Shown: piece by piece, positions 18,426 to 27,979 of the stretch
Numbering within the stretch: the stretch's first letter is position 1
Layout: every line of letters begins with the position of its first letter
DNA from: an uncultured Brevinematales bacterium
Lineage (GTDB): Bacteria > Spirochaetota > Brevinematia > Brevinematales > CAYRWR01
Assembly: GCA_964428015.1 (NCBI GenBank)
Contig: CAYRWR010000008.1
Coordinates: 8,916-72,915, forward strand
Length of the DNA: 64,000 bases
Direction: 5' to 3'
Position numbers and translations under genes: made by a program
Notes under the pieces: generated by a model
The model's database searches: none
The model's input: the letters and a program-made list of their open reading frames with translations, nothing else
Told to the model about the DNA's origin: nothing

Positions 18426-18597
18426 ACATATATTATTGGGGGAGGGGACTGCCGTCCCTGTTTGTGTCCCCAGTGAGGCTGTGGGGGGCGGCGGTAGGAC
18501 GGGCTTGATTCCAGGATGGTTCAGAGTCACCAGGATATGGCTCCCCTGACCCTTTCCGGAAGTTTTTGGTGCCGTTACTATTAAGGCTCCGCCCTCA

Positions 18598-19395
18598 TTA
18601 CCGGGCCGGGGGTGTGTACACCTTGCGGCGGATGATCTGGAGGATCACGCCCAGGCTCAGTACGGTGATACAGCCCGCGGTCACACCCAGCAGTGTGGTG
18701 AGAGGAGTTGTATCTATTACGGAGCGCTTCAGGTAGATGCCGATCAGAGCCCAGTCTACGACCAGAGTATAAAAAATATCATTATGTATAAACAGAAACA
18801 CCAATCCCAGTATCGCGGCAATGCTGACCATAACGATGGTCCAGACCTGTTGAGATATTCCCCAGCCTGTCCACTGGTATTTGACCAGGGCGGCTGTGAT
18901 ATTAGCGATGGTAGCTACAGATATCCAGCCCAGGTAGACGGAAAAAGTGGCATGTATACAGCTTTTTCTGGAATTATCGCCCCGGCCCTGTCCAATCCCC
19001 AGGCGCTGGTACAGGACGATCAGGCTGGCCAGGAGGCCCAGCATAGCTAGGATGGAGACGATCATCAGTTCATAGTGCCAGGCAAAAATCCACCCGATAT
19101 TGAAGATACTGGACAGTATAAACCAGTAGGAGATATCCTTCAGTACCTGCTTTTCGTCTCCCTTTAAGGCCAGCATGAACTGATAAATGACAAATGCGGC
19201 CAGCTGCAGATAAATCACTCCCCAGATGGCAAAAGTCAGTCCTGAGGGTACAAACAGGTTGACATACAGATCGGATAATTCACCGGGGGTTTTGCCGTTG
19301 ATGGGCAAAATGGCTGACAAAGCATTGACCACCAATACAGATATCACTGCGGTCACATTGCCCATAGCCATAGAAATCTTTTGTGATGTACTCAT
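18598..19395 (-). CDS. polytopic membrane protein, TspO/MBR-related (tentative)
   Basis: 265 aa with about 7 TM helices. N-terminus VNALSAILPINGKTPGELSDLYVNLFVPSGLTFAIWGVIYLQL resembles the long TspO-like family. SD AAGGAG. ATGA-type 4-nt overlap with the upstream gene. Confidence 0.45.
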   Translation of the reverse strand: MSTSQKISMAMGNVTAVISVLVVNALSAILPINGKTPGELSDLYVNLFVPSGLTFAIWGVIYLQLAAFVIYQFMLALKGDEKQVLKDISYWFILSSIFNIGWIFAWHYELMIVSILAMLGLLASLIVLYQRLGIGQGRGDNSRKSCIHATFSVYLGWISVATIANITAALVKYQWTGWGISQQVWTIVMVSIAAILGLVFLFIHNDIFYTLVVDWALIGIYLKRSVIDTTPLTTLLGVTAGCITVLSLGVILQIIRRKVYTPPAR

Positions 19396-20030
19396 GGAGT
19401 TTCTCCTTCTTTTTTAGTTAAATCTATCAGCATAAATTCATTGCCTATGACTTTGACTGAATAGAGCGGCCAGAAATATTTCAAGTCGCATTCTCCCGTG
19501 AGGCTTAATTCTGTCATATCTTTTCGGGCTGCTTCATTCTGGTATAGTTTTTCAAGATTGGTGCAATCGGGATATCTTTCGGCTAGTTTTATTAATCCGG
19601 AGTAATGCGCTGGTACATAGAAATGTCCTGAACTTTCCTGATAGGAAAAACCGATCTTCTGGATGTATAACTGTACCATATTTTGTTTAGAAATTAATTT
19701 CTCCCTCCTGATAAAGTGTTTTAATATCTTCATCCATAAACGCATCTCTTCTTTCAGGAGATGGCGGTTGGTGATCACTGAGAGCGGGGCGTTCTGGGGA
19801 GAAATGTTCATTACAGTCCAGTGACTATTACTGTCTAAAAACATACTGCCCCCGGAATATTGCAGCCCGGAAGGGGATAGATAAAACACCTGTTGATTTA
19901 TCCAGGTTTTTGTAATACCAAATTGCTGTAAAATGTTTTCATATTCCGGCCACATTACCAGTGCATCATTTTTAAAGGAAAATAAAAGCACAGCAGGAAT
20001 TAACCATATCAGGACTATCAGTGTTTTCAA
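19392..20030 (-). CDS. hypothetical exported protein
   Basis: TTG start 6 nt after GGGAG. N-terminal hydrophobic helix MKTLIVLIWLIPAVLLFSF. No recognisable motif. Translationally coupled to the downstream membrane protein. Confidence 0.55.
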   Translation of the reverse strand: MKTLIVLIWLIPAVLLFSFKNDALVMWPEYENILQQFGITKTWINQQVFYLSPSGLQYSGGSMFLDSNSHWTVMNISPQNAPLSVITNRHLLKEEMRLWMKILKHFIRREKLISKQNMVQLYIQKIGFSYQESSGHFYVPAHYSGLIKLAERYPDCTNLEKLYQNEAARKDMTELSLTGECDLKYFWPLYSVKVIGNEFMLIDLTKKEGETP

Positions 20031-20146
20031 AACAGACTCCCGGGTAACAAAATAACAATGGCTGCAAAAAAAAGCAAGAAAGTCGGTGTGAGACTGGACT
20101 TCATCCCTTATACTTCATTATTATATGGATAATATAAGGAGGATAT

Positions 20147-20668
20147 ATGCGATTGCAATATAAAACTATTGGAATGCTGATAGGCCCAGGATATGAAGAA
20201 TTGGAACACTGGGTACCCTATATGCGCATGCGTGAGGAGGGAGCGCATGTGATCGTCATCGGAGAGTCAGCCGGCACCCGGTATATGAGCAAGCACGGCT
20301 GCTATCCTGCTACCAGTGAAAAAGCGGCAGCGGAGGTCAACCCGGCTGAACTGGACGCGCTCCTGATACCTGGGGGTCATTGTCCCGATAAAATCCGGCG
20401 TGATCCGTCAATTAAGAAACTGGTTAAAGATATGCATGCGCTGAATAAAATAATAGGTATGATCTGTCACGCCGGATCGGTAGGTATATCTGCCGGCATT
20501 ATCGGGTCCAAGGCTACCGGAAGTGATGGTATTCGGGATGATCTGGAATTGGCGGGGGCACAGTGGGTGGATGAACCTGCATTTAGAGATGGAAATATCG
20601 TGTGGGGGAGGGTGGTCGAGGATATTCCTGCTTATATGGCAGAACTGATCAAGGCCTTAACCCTGTAA
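20147..20668 (+). CDS. DJ-1/PfpI family protein (class I glutamine amidotransferase-like)
   Basis: 173 aa. LLIPGGHCPDKIR...IGMICHAGSVGISAG shows the nucleophile-elbow Cys-His. SD AAGGAGG. Confidence 0.85.
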   Translation: MRLQYKTIGMLIGPGYEELEHWVPYMRMREEGAHVIVIGESAGTRYMSKHGCYPATSEKAAAEVNPAELDALLIPGGHCPDKIRRDPSIKKLVKDMHALNKIIGMICHAGSVGISAGIIGSKATGSDGIRDDLELAGAQWVDEPAFRDGNIVWGRVVEDIPAYMAELIKALTL

Positions 20669-20749
20669 AACAGGGCAGACACTGAACTTCAAAATGACAG
20701 AAATTTAAACTGATGCTATTATTAGGGCAAAGAAATCCAGGATTTTATC

Positions 20750-21187
20750 ATGAGACTCAAACCGCTGCTAATTTTTTTTCTCATTTCCGGTGTGGGGTGC
20801 AGCCGTCCCAATCCGCTGAAAAGTGATGGGATTCTGACCCCTCACAACAGAGTAAAGATCTTGCTCAAATATATGCATTTACCGGAAGGAATCAGAGATT
20901 GTGAATTTATTTTGTATGATGTGAATCAGGGAGGTAGTAGACTGCTTCCCGGTCCTACCGATTTGGACTATCAGGTTGTTATGAAAGTTGACAGAAATTT
21001 TTTAGATACCTGGATGACTAATTTGCATCCTGCGGTCGGTCTGGATTACACTTGGCTAAAAAGTATGAAATGGCTGAAAAGAGATTATTTTCCACATTCA
21101 GAATCAAATATGTACACCAATACCCATCTACAATTGACGGTCTTTAGGGAGTCAGGTCTGGTGTACCTACGGTATATACAACATTAA
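20750..21187 (+). CDS. hypothetical lipoprotein
   Basis: Signal peptide plus lipobox MRLKPLLIFFLISGVGC. No recognisable domain. Confidence 0.55.
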   Translation: MRLKPLLIFFLISGVGCSRPNPLKSDGILTPHNRVKILLKYMHLPEGIRDCEFILYDVNQGGSRLLPGPTDLDYQVVMKVDRNFLDTWMTNLHPAVGLDYTWLKSMKWLKRDYFPHSESNMYTNTHLQLTVFRESGLVYLRYIQH

Positions 21188-21202
21188 GAGAAGGAATCTA
21201 TT

Positions 21203-22060
21203 ATGGAAATAAGAAAATGTCTGCTGGACGAGATGAATAGAATCGTGGATTTAGTTCGTCTAAACGGTCTGGATATATCAGATAGGGAGGATTGGTCAGA
21301 AAACGATTATTTTGTGGCAGTTAACAATGGACAGATCATAGGCTGTATTGGACTCCAGAGTGTCAGCAATTCTGGATTAGTCAGATCAGTAACAGTTGAT
21401 CGGGAATTCAGAAGCCAGGGTGTTGCCAGAAAGATGCATAGTTTTCTCAAGGGAGAAGCCAGAAAAAGAGAGGTGACAGACCTGTATCTATTAACTGAAA
21501 CAGCCAGGGATTTTTTTCTCAAGCTGGGATACCAGGATTGGGACAGAGAACAAGTCCCTGAATTCATAGGACAGACCCGTCAATTCAGTGAATCCTGTCC
21601 GAAATCAGCCGTTCTGATGAAAAAATCACTTACCACTATGGGTGAGATTGCCATGGGAAATTTCGAAAAGGGCTGGTTTTGTGCTGAGAGCCTCCTGCTG
21701 GCTGCGGCAGATAGGTACAATATTCCCTCTGGAAATCTGATTTCACTGGCCAGCGGATTTTGCAGCGGTATTGCCCGAACGGGTGGACTATGCGGCGCGG
21801 TTACAGGATCCATCCTGGCTTTGAGTCTGGTCTTCGGTCGTAAATCGCCCCAGGAAACGATGGATGTATTATATGAGAAAGTCCGCAACTTTCAGGATAA
21901 ATTCCGGGCGGAGTATGGCACTTTGACCTGCAGTGGCCTGCTGGGACTGGATCTGGCTACACCTGAGGGCCAGGCCGGTTTCAAACAGGAATTGTGGGGA
22001 TTGTCCTGTAGAGAATATGTGGCTAGAGCGGGTGACATACTGGAAGCATTTCTGTATTGA
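21203..22060 (+). CDS. GNAT N-acetyltransferase fused to a C_GCAxxG_C_C-family domain
   Basis: The N-terminal ~140 aa carry the GNAT motif A (VTVDREFRSQGVARKMHSF). The C-terminal ~140 aa read FCAESLLLAAA...GFCSGIARTGGLCGAVTGSILAL...TCSGLLG...CREYV, matching the C_GCAxxG_C_C pattern. Confidence 0.7.
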   Translation: MEIRKCLLDEMNRIVDLVRLNGLDISDREDWSENDYFVAVNNGQIIGCIGLQSVSNSGLVRSVTVDREFRSQGVARKMHSFLKGEARKREVTDLYLLTETARDFFLKLGYQDWDREQVPEFIGQTRQFSESCPKSAVLMKKSLTTMGEIAMGNFEKGWFCAESLLLAAADRYNIPSGNLISLASGFCSGIARTGGLCGAVTGSILALSLVFGRKSPQETMDVLYEKVRNFQDKFRAEYGTLTCSGLLGLDLATPEGQAGFKQELWGLSCREYVARAGDILEAFLY

Positions 22061-22157
22061 CAAAGTGATTTACAGGTATAAAATAGACATATATGCTTGG
22101 AAAAAAATTTTATTCAGGTTATGATATAAAAGAATAAGATGCAATAGAGGGTGTGAA

Positions 22158-22883
22158 TTGCCAATCCGCTATGATAATATCGTCCCCTGGGGTAGGAATT
22201 ACCAGGAATATGTACGTATGTTTGACCTCAGTCAGGTAGAACTTCATTCCAGAATATTGGATTGTGCCGGTGGGCCTTCCAGTTTTAATACGGAATGTAA
22301 TGACCGTATGGGACAGGTAGTATCCATAGACCCTTTATATAATCTGACCAGAGATAAAATCTCAGAGCGGATTTATGATACCTGGGAAAAAGTCCTGCAG
22401 GAAACACAGGAGAATATGAATAAATACATCTGGGATGAAATTGGCTCTGTGATCCAGCTGGGCAATATCCGCATGGGGGCCATGAGAAAATTCCTGTGTA
22501 CATATGAAAAAGGTAAAAAAGAAAAAAAATATATCCCCGGTGAATTACCTGTCCTGTCTTTTCCACCGGAAAGTTTTGATTTAGCTGTATGTTCCCATTT
22601 TTTATTTTTGTACAGCGATCAGCTGGATTACGACTTTCATCTCAAATCTCTTCGGGAAATGTTAAGAGTCGCCAAAGAAGTACGCATTCACCCCCTGCTC
22701 GATCATAACGGCAAACCTTTCACACAAATGGATAAACTATTAGAAGAGTTAAAACCTTTTAATCCTGAGATCCGGACCGTTAATTATGAATTTTTAAAAG
22801 GGGCAAACCAGACCCTTTTTCTAAAAAATCCTCCGCCAGCTAAAAAAAGCGATGATTACAAACCCCCCAAGCTCAGGATATAA
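22158..22883 (+). CDS. SAM-dependent methyltransferase-like protein
   Basis: TTG start 6 nt after GAGGG. Motif I-like ILDCAGGPSSF. Acidic post-I residue (VVSIDP). 241 aa. Confidence 0.55.
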   Translation: MPIRYDNIVPWGRNYQEYVRMFDLSQVELHSRILDCAGGPSSFNTECNDRMGQVVSIDPLYNLTRDKISERIYDTWEKVLQETQENMNKYIWDEIGSVIQLGNIRMGAMRKFLCTYEKGKKEKKYIPGELPVLSFPPESFDLAVCSHFLFLYSDQLDYDFHLKSLREMLRVAKEVRIHPLLDHNGKPFTQMDKLLEELKPFNPEIRTVNYEFLKGANQTLFLKNPPPAKKSDDYKPPKLRI

Positions 22884-23028
22884 ACAGGGGATGAAGTCAT
22901 TAAATAAGCTATCAAAAAACTTTGCGTTTTCAAAGCAGAAAAGATAAAATAACACTTAAATAGTAGGAATATGTTTTTCTGGAATTGTATTCTGGGAAAA
23001 TAATTCAAAAAAAAGAATGAGGGCAATA

Positions 23029-24456
23029 ATGATAACAACCGGTCTTATTATCATGACAATTACCGCTATTGTATTTTCCATTGCGGGGATGTTCTACTCC
23101 AGAGGTAAAAAACTCACGCCGGAGCAATTCATTTCCGCCCGGAACACGGTGTCTCTATCCGCTCTGATTGCAACTATCGTGGCTTCTTCCATGGGCGCCT
23201 GGATTCTTTTTTCTCCCGCGGAAACCGGAGCGACCGCGGGACTAGCCGGGATTCTGGGCTATGCGCTGGGCAGCGCTTCCGCGGCCATTATTTTTATCTG
23301 GCTAGGCAGGGTGCTACGTGACAGGATGCCGGGAGGCTATACCCTTACAGAATTTGTAGGGCAGCGATACGGCAGATTGATGTATGTACTGGTACTGCTG
23401 ATCATGACATTCTATATGGGGGTCTACCTGTCCGCCGAACTGACGGGGATAGCCCTGGCTTCACAATTGATGTTTCATATCCCGTTTTGGGTCACATCAG
23501 TCCTCATAGGAGCAGCTACTCTGAGCTATACAGTATTTGGAGGTATCCAGGCTACCGTATTCACTGACCGGGTACAGAGTATGATCATTCTCCCCTTGTT
23601 AGCTGTCCTTTTTGTGGCCGCGATTGTATTTTTAGGTGACGCGCATTTTATCACAGATTTGAATACCAGAGATAGCGCTCTCTTGAATCCTTTATGGCCT
23701 TCCGGGCTGGAATTTGGAGCCTCTCTTATCATCGCCATTGTGGCAGCTGAGCTATTCAATCAGGGAAACTGGCAAAGGGTGTACCTCGCCAAAGACACCA
23801 CTGTTATGAAAAAAGGATTCCTGGCCGCAGGGCTGATTATCCTGCCGGTCATATTGATCGCAGGTTCTTTTGGTTTTTTCGCCGCATTTAAAGGCCAGAC
23901 CCAGGATCCCTCTGTATCCCTGTTTGCTTATGTGATGGGGAGTATGCCTGCCTGGACTGCCCTGATAGTCCTGGTATTGGCAGTAGCCTTGATCATGAGC
24001 AGTATGGATACACTGCTGAATGGACTGGTCAGTCTGTATACGGTCAATTTTGTCCGGCTGAGGCCCCAGGCATCTCAAAGGAGTATACTGATTTTTGCCA
24101 AACTCATCACTATAGCTATAGCTGGAGCCGCAGTGTTTGTTTCAACTAAAGGCTGGAGTGTACTGTATCTTTTTCTGGTAGCAGATCTGGTCTGCGCGGC
24201 AGCTGTCTTCCCGGTATTTTACGGTTTATTTTCCCGCAAACATAGCTCCTGGTCGGCTTTAGTGTCCATCATTATAGGGATCGTTCTGGGAGCACTGGTT
24301 TTTCCTGATCCAGGATTTAGCCAGGGTAATCTCTTGTATGCCTTTGCTATAGCTCTGGGGTCATCCCTGGTGGTTTCTGTTATTCTGACACCCTGGGGCA
24401 AACCTTATGAGATGGAGCGGTTAAAAGAAAACCCCACCATTTTGGGTAGTGAATAA
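23029..24456 (+). CDS. sodium:solute symporter (SSF) family transporter
   Basis: About 13 TM helices. FISARNTVSLSALIATIVASSMGAWILFSPAE...GYTLTEFVGQRYG is typical of SSF. ATG 23029 has GAGGG 6 nt upstream; the track start 23017 is an alternative. Confidence 0.8.
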   Translation: MITTGLIIMTITAIVFSIAGMFYSRGKKLTPEQFISARNTVSLSALIATIVASSMGAWILFSPAETGATAGLAGILGYALGSASAAIIFIWLGRVLRDRMPGGYTLTEFVGQRYGRLMYVLVLLIMTFYMGVYLSAELTGIALASQLMFHIPFWVTSVLIGAATLSYTVFGGIQATVFTDRVQSMIILPLLAVLFVAAIVFLGDAHFITDLNTRDSALLNPLWPSGLEFGASLIIAIVAAELFNQGNWQRVYLAKDTTVMKKGFLAAGLIILPVILIAGSFGFFAAFKGQTQDPSVSLFAYVMGSMPAWTALIVLVLAVALIMSSMDTLLNGLVSLYTVNFVRLRPQASQRSILIFAKLITIAIAGAAVFVSTKGWSVLYLFLVADLVCAAAVFPVFYGLFSRKHSSWSALVSIIIGIVLGALVFPDPGFSQGNLLYAFAIALGSSLVVSVILTPWGKPYEMERLKENPTILGSE

Positions 24457-24474
24457 CTAAAACCCACCCGTATA

Positions 24475-24503
24475 TTGCATTCGGGGGATAGAGAGGATAT
24501 AAT
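24475..24503 (+). promoter_or_regulatory. candidate sigma-70 promoter of mntH
   Basis: TTGCAT (24475-24480)-17 nt-TATAAT (24498-24503), 45 nt upstream of ATG 24548. Confidence 0.5.
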
Positions 24504-24547
24504 AGAAAAAACGGTATGCAGAAGGAAACATTTTTCAGGATGAATAT

Positions 24548-25804
24548 ATGACAAAGGTACAGAAAAAACAAAACAATAAGATGAGCATCGGTAATATCCT
24601 GCGTTTTCTGGGGCCTGGTTTTCTGGTCACCATAGGCTTTATTGACCCCGGAAACTGGGCAACCAATATTGAGGGCGGCTCCAAGTTCGGATATGACCTG
24701 TTATGGGTAATCACCCTGAGTACTCTCATGCTGATCATTATTCAGAATATGGCCGCCAAGCTGGGTATTGCCACCGGAAAATCCCTGGCGGTCAATATTC
24801 GCACCCATTTTCCCAAACCGGCCAGCGCCACTATCGGAGTCACTATCATTCTGGCGTGTGTGGCTACCGATGTAGCTGAACTCCTGGGAGGTGCCATAGG
24901 TTTTGCGCTGCTCTTTCACTTTCCCCTGTGGCTGGGGGCCCTGGCTACGATTATTCTGGAGGTTTTCTTCATCATCAGCCAGCGGTATCATAAGCTGGAA
25001 AAAATCATTATCGGTTTTCTGGCGGTCATAGGGCTTTGCTACATAGTGGAATTATTCATTGTCAGACCGGTGTGGGGGCAGGTTCTGCCTGCTATGGTTG
25101 TACCCAAGCTGGACCGGTCCACTATCTATATCGCCATGGGTATCCTGGGTGCTGTGGTCATGCCCCACAATATTTTCCTGCATTCCAATGTCATCCATTC
25201 CCGAAAATGGGGTTTATCCGATGATGAAAAGTTGGAGACTCTGAAATTTGAAAAGATCGATACTTATGTCTCTATGTTTGTAGGCTGGCTCATCAACTCC
25301 GCCATGATTATAGTAGCAGCAGCTGTATTTCATAAGAACGGGGTATTGGTGGACAGTATTGAACAGGCTTCTCTGACTCTCACCCCCCTGGCCGGAGCAT
25401 TAGCCGGACTGCTGTTCTCCATAGCTCTGGTATTCGCGGGTGTGAGCTCTTCTATAACATCTTCCATGGCTGAGGTCAATGTCATCACCGGATTTCTGGG
25501 TAAGCCGGAAGATCCCAAGACACTGCTGTACCGTATCGGAGTATTTGCTACCGCTATACCGTCCTTTTTTATCATACTGTTCAGCTCCAACAGTATCTAT
25601 AATATCCTGATTTTCAGCCAGGTTGTCCTAAGCATACAACTGCCTTTTACCCTCATACCTCTGGTGATCTTATCCCGCAACAAAAAGATAATGGGCAGTT
25701 TCAGGACCAAGCTGCCGGAATTCATCACTGCTATTGCGATATCCGCTCTGGTCATAGGCTTGAATATATATCTGTTGTATAGTACACTATTCCCGGGAGC
25801 GTAG
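24548..25804 (+). CDS. mntH: Nramp-family divalent metal (Mn2+/Fe2+) transporter
   Basis: LRFLGPGFLVTIGFIDPGNWATNIEGGSKFGYDLLWV and VMPHNIFLHS are the canonical Nramp DPGN/MPH motifs. 418 aa, 11 TM helices. Confidence 0.9.
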   Translation: MTKVQKKQNNKMSIGNILRFLGPGFLVTIGFIDPGNWATNIEGGSKFGYDLLWVITLSTLMLIIIQNMAAKLGIATGKSLAVNIRTHFPKPASATIGVTIILACVATDVAELLGGAIGFALLFHFPLWLGALATIILEVFFIISQRYHKLEKIIIGFLAVIGLCYIVELFIVRPVWGQVLPAMVVPKLDRSTIYIAMGILGAVVMPHNIFLHSNVIHSRKWGLSDDEKLETLKFEKIDTYVSMFVGWLINSAMIIVAAAVFHKNGVLVDSIEQASLTLTPLAGALAGLLFSIALVFAGVSSSITSSMAEVNVITGFLGKPEDPKTLLYRIGVFATAIPSFFIILFSSNSIYNILIFSQVVLSIQLPFTLIPLVILSRNKKIMGSFRTKLPEFITAIAISALVIGLNIYLLYSTLFPGA

Positions 25805-25807
25805 AAG

Positions 25808-26218
25808 ATGAGTTTATACCATAAAATACTGGTGACTCTGGACTGCAGTGATGTTGACCTGGTAATCATCAGCCATATAGTAGAATTAGCCAAAATTCAC
25901 CACTCCCGTGTGGATCTGATACATGTCCTGCATTCCCACACCCTGGATCAGAAGCAGTACATGATGGAAAAAGCTACAGAATATACTCAGTCTTATCAGA
26001 AACAGTTTCAGGATGAAAAAATCCCGGTAGAGATCATCATCAGGGTAGGCGAACCGGAAGAAGAAATTTTGAAAGTAATAGAAAAAGGCAGCTATGATCT
26101 GGTGGCTCTGGCAACACATGGACACCATTTTTTCATGGATATCCTGTACGGCAGTGTCTCTGACAGTCTTAAACACAAGATTGATGTACCCATCCTGCTT
26201 ATCAAGGGCAAGAAATAA
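25808..26218 (+). CDS. universal stress protein (UspA family)
   Basis: 136 aa. YHKILVTLDCS...DLIHV...DLVALATHGHHFFMDILYGSVSDSLKHKIDVPILLI is the Usp ATP-binding pattern G-x2-G-x9-G(S/T). Starts 3 nt after the mntH stop. Confidence 0.85.
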   Translation: MSLYHKILVTLDCSDVDLVIISHIVELAKIHHSRVDLIHVLHSHTLDQKQYMMEKATEYTQSYQKQFQDEKIPVEIIIRVGEPEEEILKVIEKGSYDLVALATHGHHFFMDILYGSVSDSLKHKIDVPILLIKGKK

Positions 26219-26237
26219 ATCTAAAAAAATCCCGGAT

Positions 26238-26729
26238 TTAATGTCCTATAGCTTTGACCCATTCCAGCAGGCGTTCTTTTTCTGCTTCACTTTCAATTAT
26301 ACGTAGGGGTAGAAAACGGGCGAATTGTTTATTGGCACGGTTAATCATGAACAAACAGTCTTTTTTAATGAACCATCGGCTGAATTCATCCCAGGCAAAT
26401 GTCTCCCGCAAGAACTCAGTCTCCAATATAAACCCTTTTTCATGGAAAGTCCAGGTCACACTGGCCTGAAGTTTGGGGTCACGCTTATAAATTTTACCTA
26501 TGCGCAGAGGCATCAATAAAAAGGTCAGCAATACCGCAGCCAGGGGCAGGGTATAGTACAGCGAAAAAGACCAGTCTCCGCCTATAAAAGAGAAAAACAA
26601 GCCAATTGCCAGAAGTACTGCAAAGATGATGAGCAGAATACGGATGGATTTCATATTCAAAAACATGACTCTTTGCGCTGTGATGTACTCATCTGCTGTC
26701 AATTGCGCTGAAACTTTTATTTCCTGCAT
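26238..26729 (-). CDS. YcxB-like membrane protein (two TM helices + small cytosolic domain), unknown function
   Basis: 163 aa. Hydrophobic pair ILLIIFAVLLAIGLFFSFI / YYTLPLAAVLLTFLLMPL, then WTFHEKGFILETEF...FAWDEFSRWFIKKDCLFM. Confidence 0.5.
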   Translation of the reverse strand: MQEIKVSAQLTADEYITAQRVMFLNMKSIRILLIIFAVLLAIGLFFSFIGGDWSFSLYYTLPLAAVLLTFLLMPLRIGKIYKRDPKLQASVTWTFHEKGFILETEFLRETFAWDEFSRWFIKKDCLFMINRANKQFARFLPLRIIESEAEKERLLEWVKAIGH

Positions 26730-27099
26730 GACTGATACCTGCTATTTGTTTTGAAAAATATTAGCGGTAAAGATCCATTATGTCAAATCGAAAGTATATA
26801 TTCACTTTAAATGTGCGCGGCAGCGTTAAAAAAAACGGCACCGCCACCCGGTATATCCTCGCCTGCCCCTCAGGCACAGAATCCAGGGTTAAATATCCCG
26901 TCCCCGTGAGAGGGGAAAACCGCACCCCACACTTTACGGAACTGAACAGACGCGCCGGAAGGCGCCCCGTCCCGGCAGACCAGGGTGAATAAAACAGGGC
27001 TTTTTAAAAAATAATACAATCTGTCTAGAGAATCTCCTGGGTTTACGTAAAGAAGAGTTTACTTTTCACCTGGTATCCAACAGGGTTAAAACCAGGTGG

Positions 27100-27816
27100 T
27101 CAGGCTTCCTTCACCGCCAGACTTTTCCACAGGGATGATTTGGATAAACCCAGATTTGCGGCTTCTCTAAACAAAGCCGGAAATTGAGGCTCCAGCTCCC
27201 GGTAGCACCGGGTAAAAAAATCCACATAAACCTGGTCATTAAAATCAGCCAGACCCTCGATGGAGACCCGGCGGGAGAGGCGGTCCAGGAATAAACGGAT
27301 GTTGGAAAAGTCCCCGTATTCTCCCAGGAATCCGGCGTAGGCAAACCCGCGGGTCACTTCCAGAAAACGGGCAGAATCAAAACCGCTGAAGGGTTGGAAT
27401 AGGGGAAAAGTTTTCCTGAAATCAAAAGAACGGTACAGCCTGTAAAAATCATCAGCCAGACCAGGATCCTGCAGCAGGAGATAGCGGTCTACCAGGATCT
27501 CACAGAGCACATGGGCATGAAAACTGTCCAGGGGCTGCCCGGTCATTTCCTTGAAAAATGACTGCAAGAGAGCCGTGCTGTCCTTGAAAAACACGGAGCG
27601 GTGAAACCAGCGGTCGATCTGGTAATGGATCACCATGCCGGTAATCAGGGACTGTATGCCCGGTGTAAAGCTGTGAAATTCCAGGGAACGGAGCAGCTTT
27701 TCACTAAAACGGAGCGTCCTGCGGAAAAAAGACAGGATGTCAGGCAGGGTCAGACCGATAGTAAAGAATTCGTCTGATGAATCCCGGTGAAGATAAAAGT
27801 GAGATAAATAATTCAT
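27100..27816 (-). CDS. acyl carrier protein phosphodiesterase (AcpH)-like protein
   Basis: N-terminus MNYLSHFYLH and ...HYQIDRWFHRS... follow the AcpH pattern (MNFLAHLHLA...H..ID). 238 aa. Confidence 0.5.
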   Translation of the reverse strand: MNYLSHFYLHRDSSDEFFTIGLTLPDILSFFRRTLRFSEKLLRSLEFHSFTPGIQSLITGMVIHYQIDRWFHRSVFFKDSTALLQSFFKEMTGQPLDSFHAHVLCEILVDRYLLLQDPGLADDFYRLYRSFDFRKTFPLFQPFSGFDSARFLEVTRGFAYAGFLGEYGDFSNIRLFLDRLSRRVSIEGLADFNDQVYVDFFTRCYRELEPQFPALFREAANLGLSKSSLWKSLAVKEA

Positions 27817-27979
27817 AGTGTAGTTTATCTATTTTACACACTTTGGTCAATGGCTGTCTGATTATACTCTGAGATTTCTACATAACTGATTTGCCTGTAA
27901 TTAAAAATAAATCTTTCTTTTTTCCACAAATAATAGTATGATTTTAACTGGGTGAAGACCAGTTCAGGGAGGATACGCC

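Noticed and set aside
24457-24547. Looked for a yybP-ykoY manganese riboswitch upstream of mntH
   Set aside because: The gap is only ~90 nt, most of it taken by a good TTGCAT-17-TATAAT promoter. No conserved yybP-ykoY-like sequence blocks are visible.
26940-26990. CCGGAAGG hairpin reminiscent of SRP RNA domain IV
   Set aside because: The flanking SRP consensus (GGUCAGGUCCGGAAGGAAGCAGCC) is not present. Only a generic GNRA hairpin is seen.
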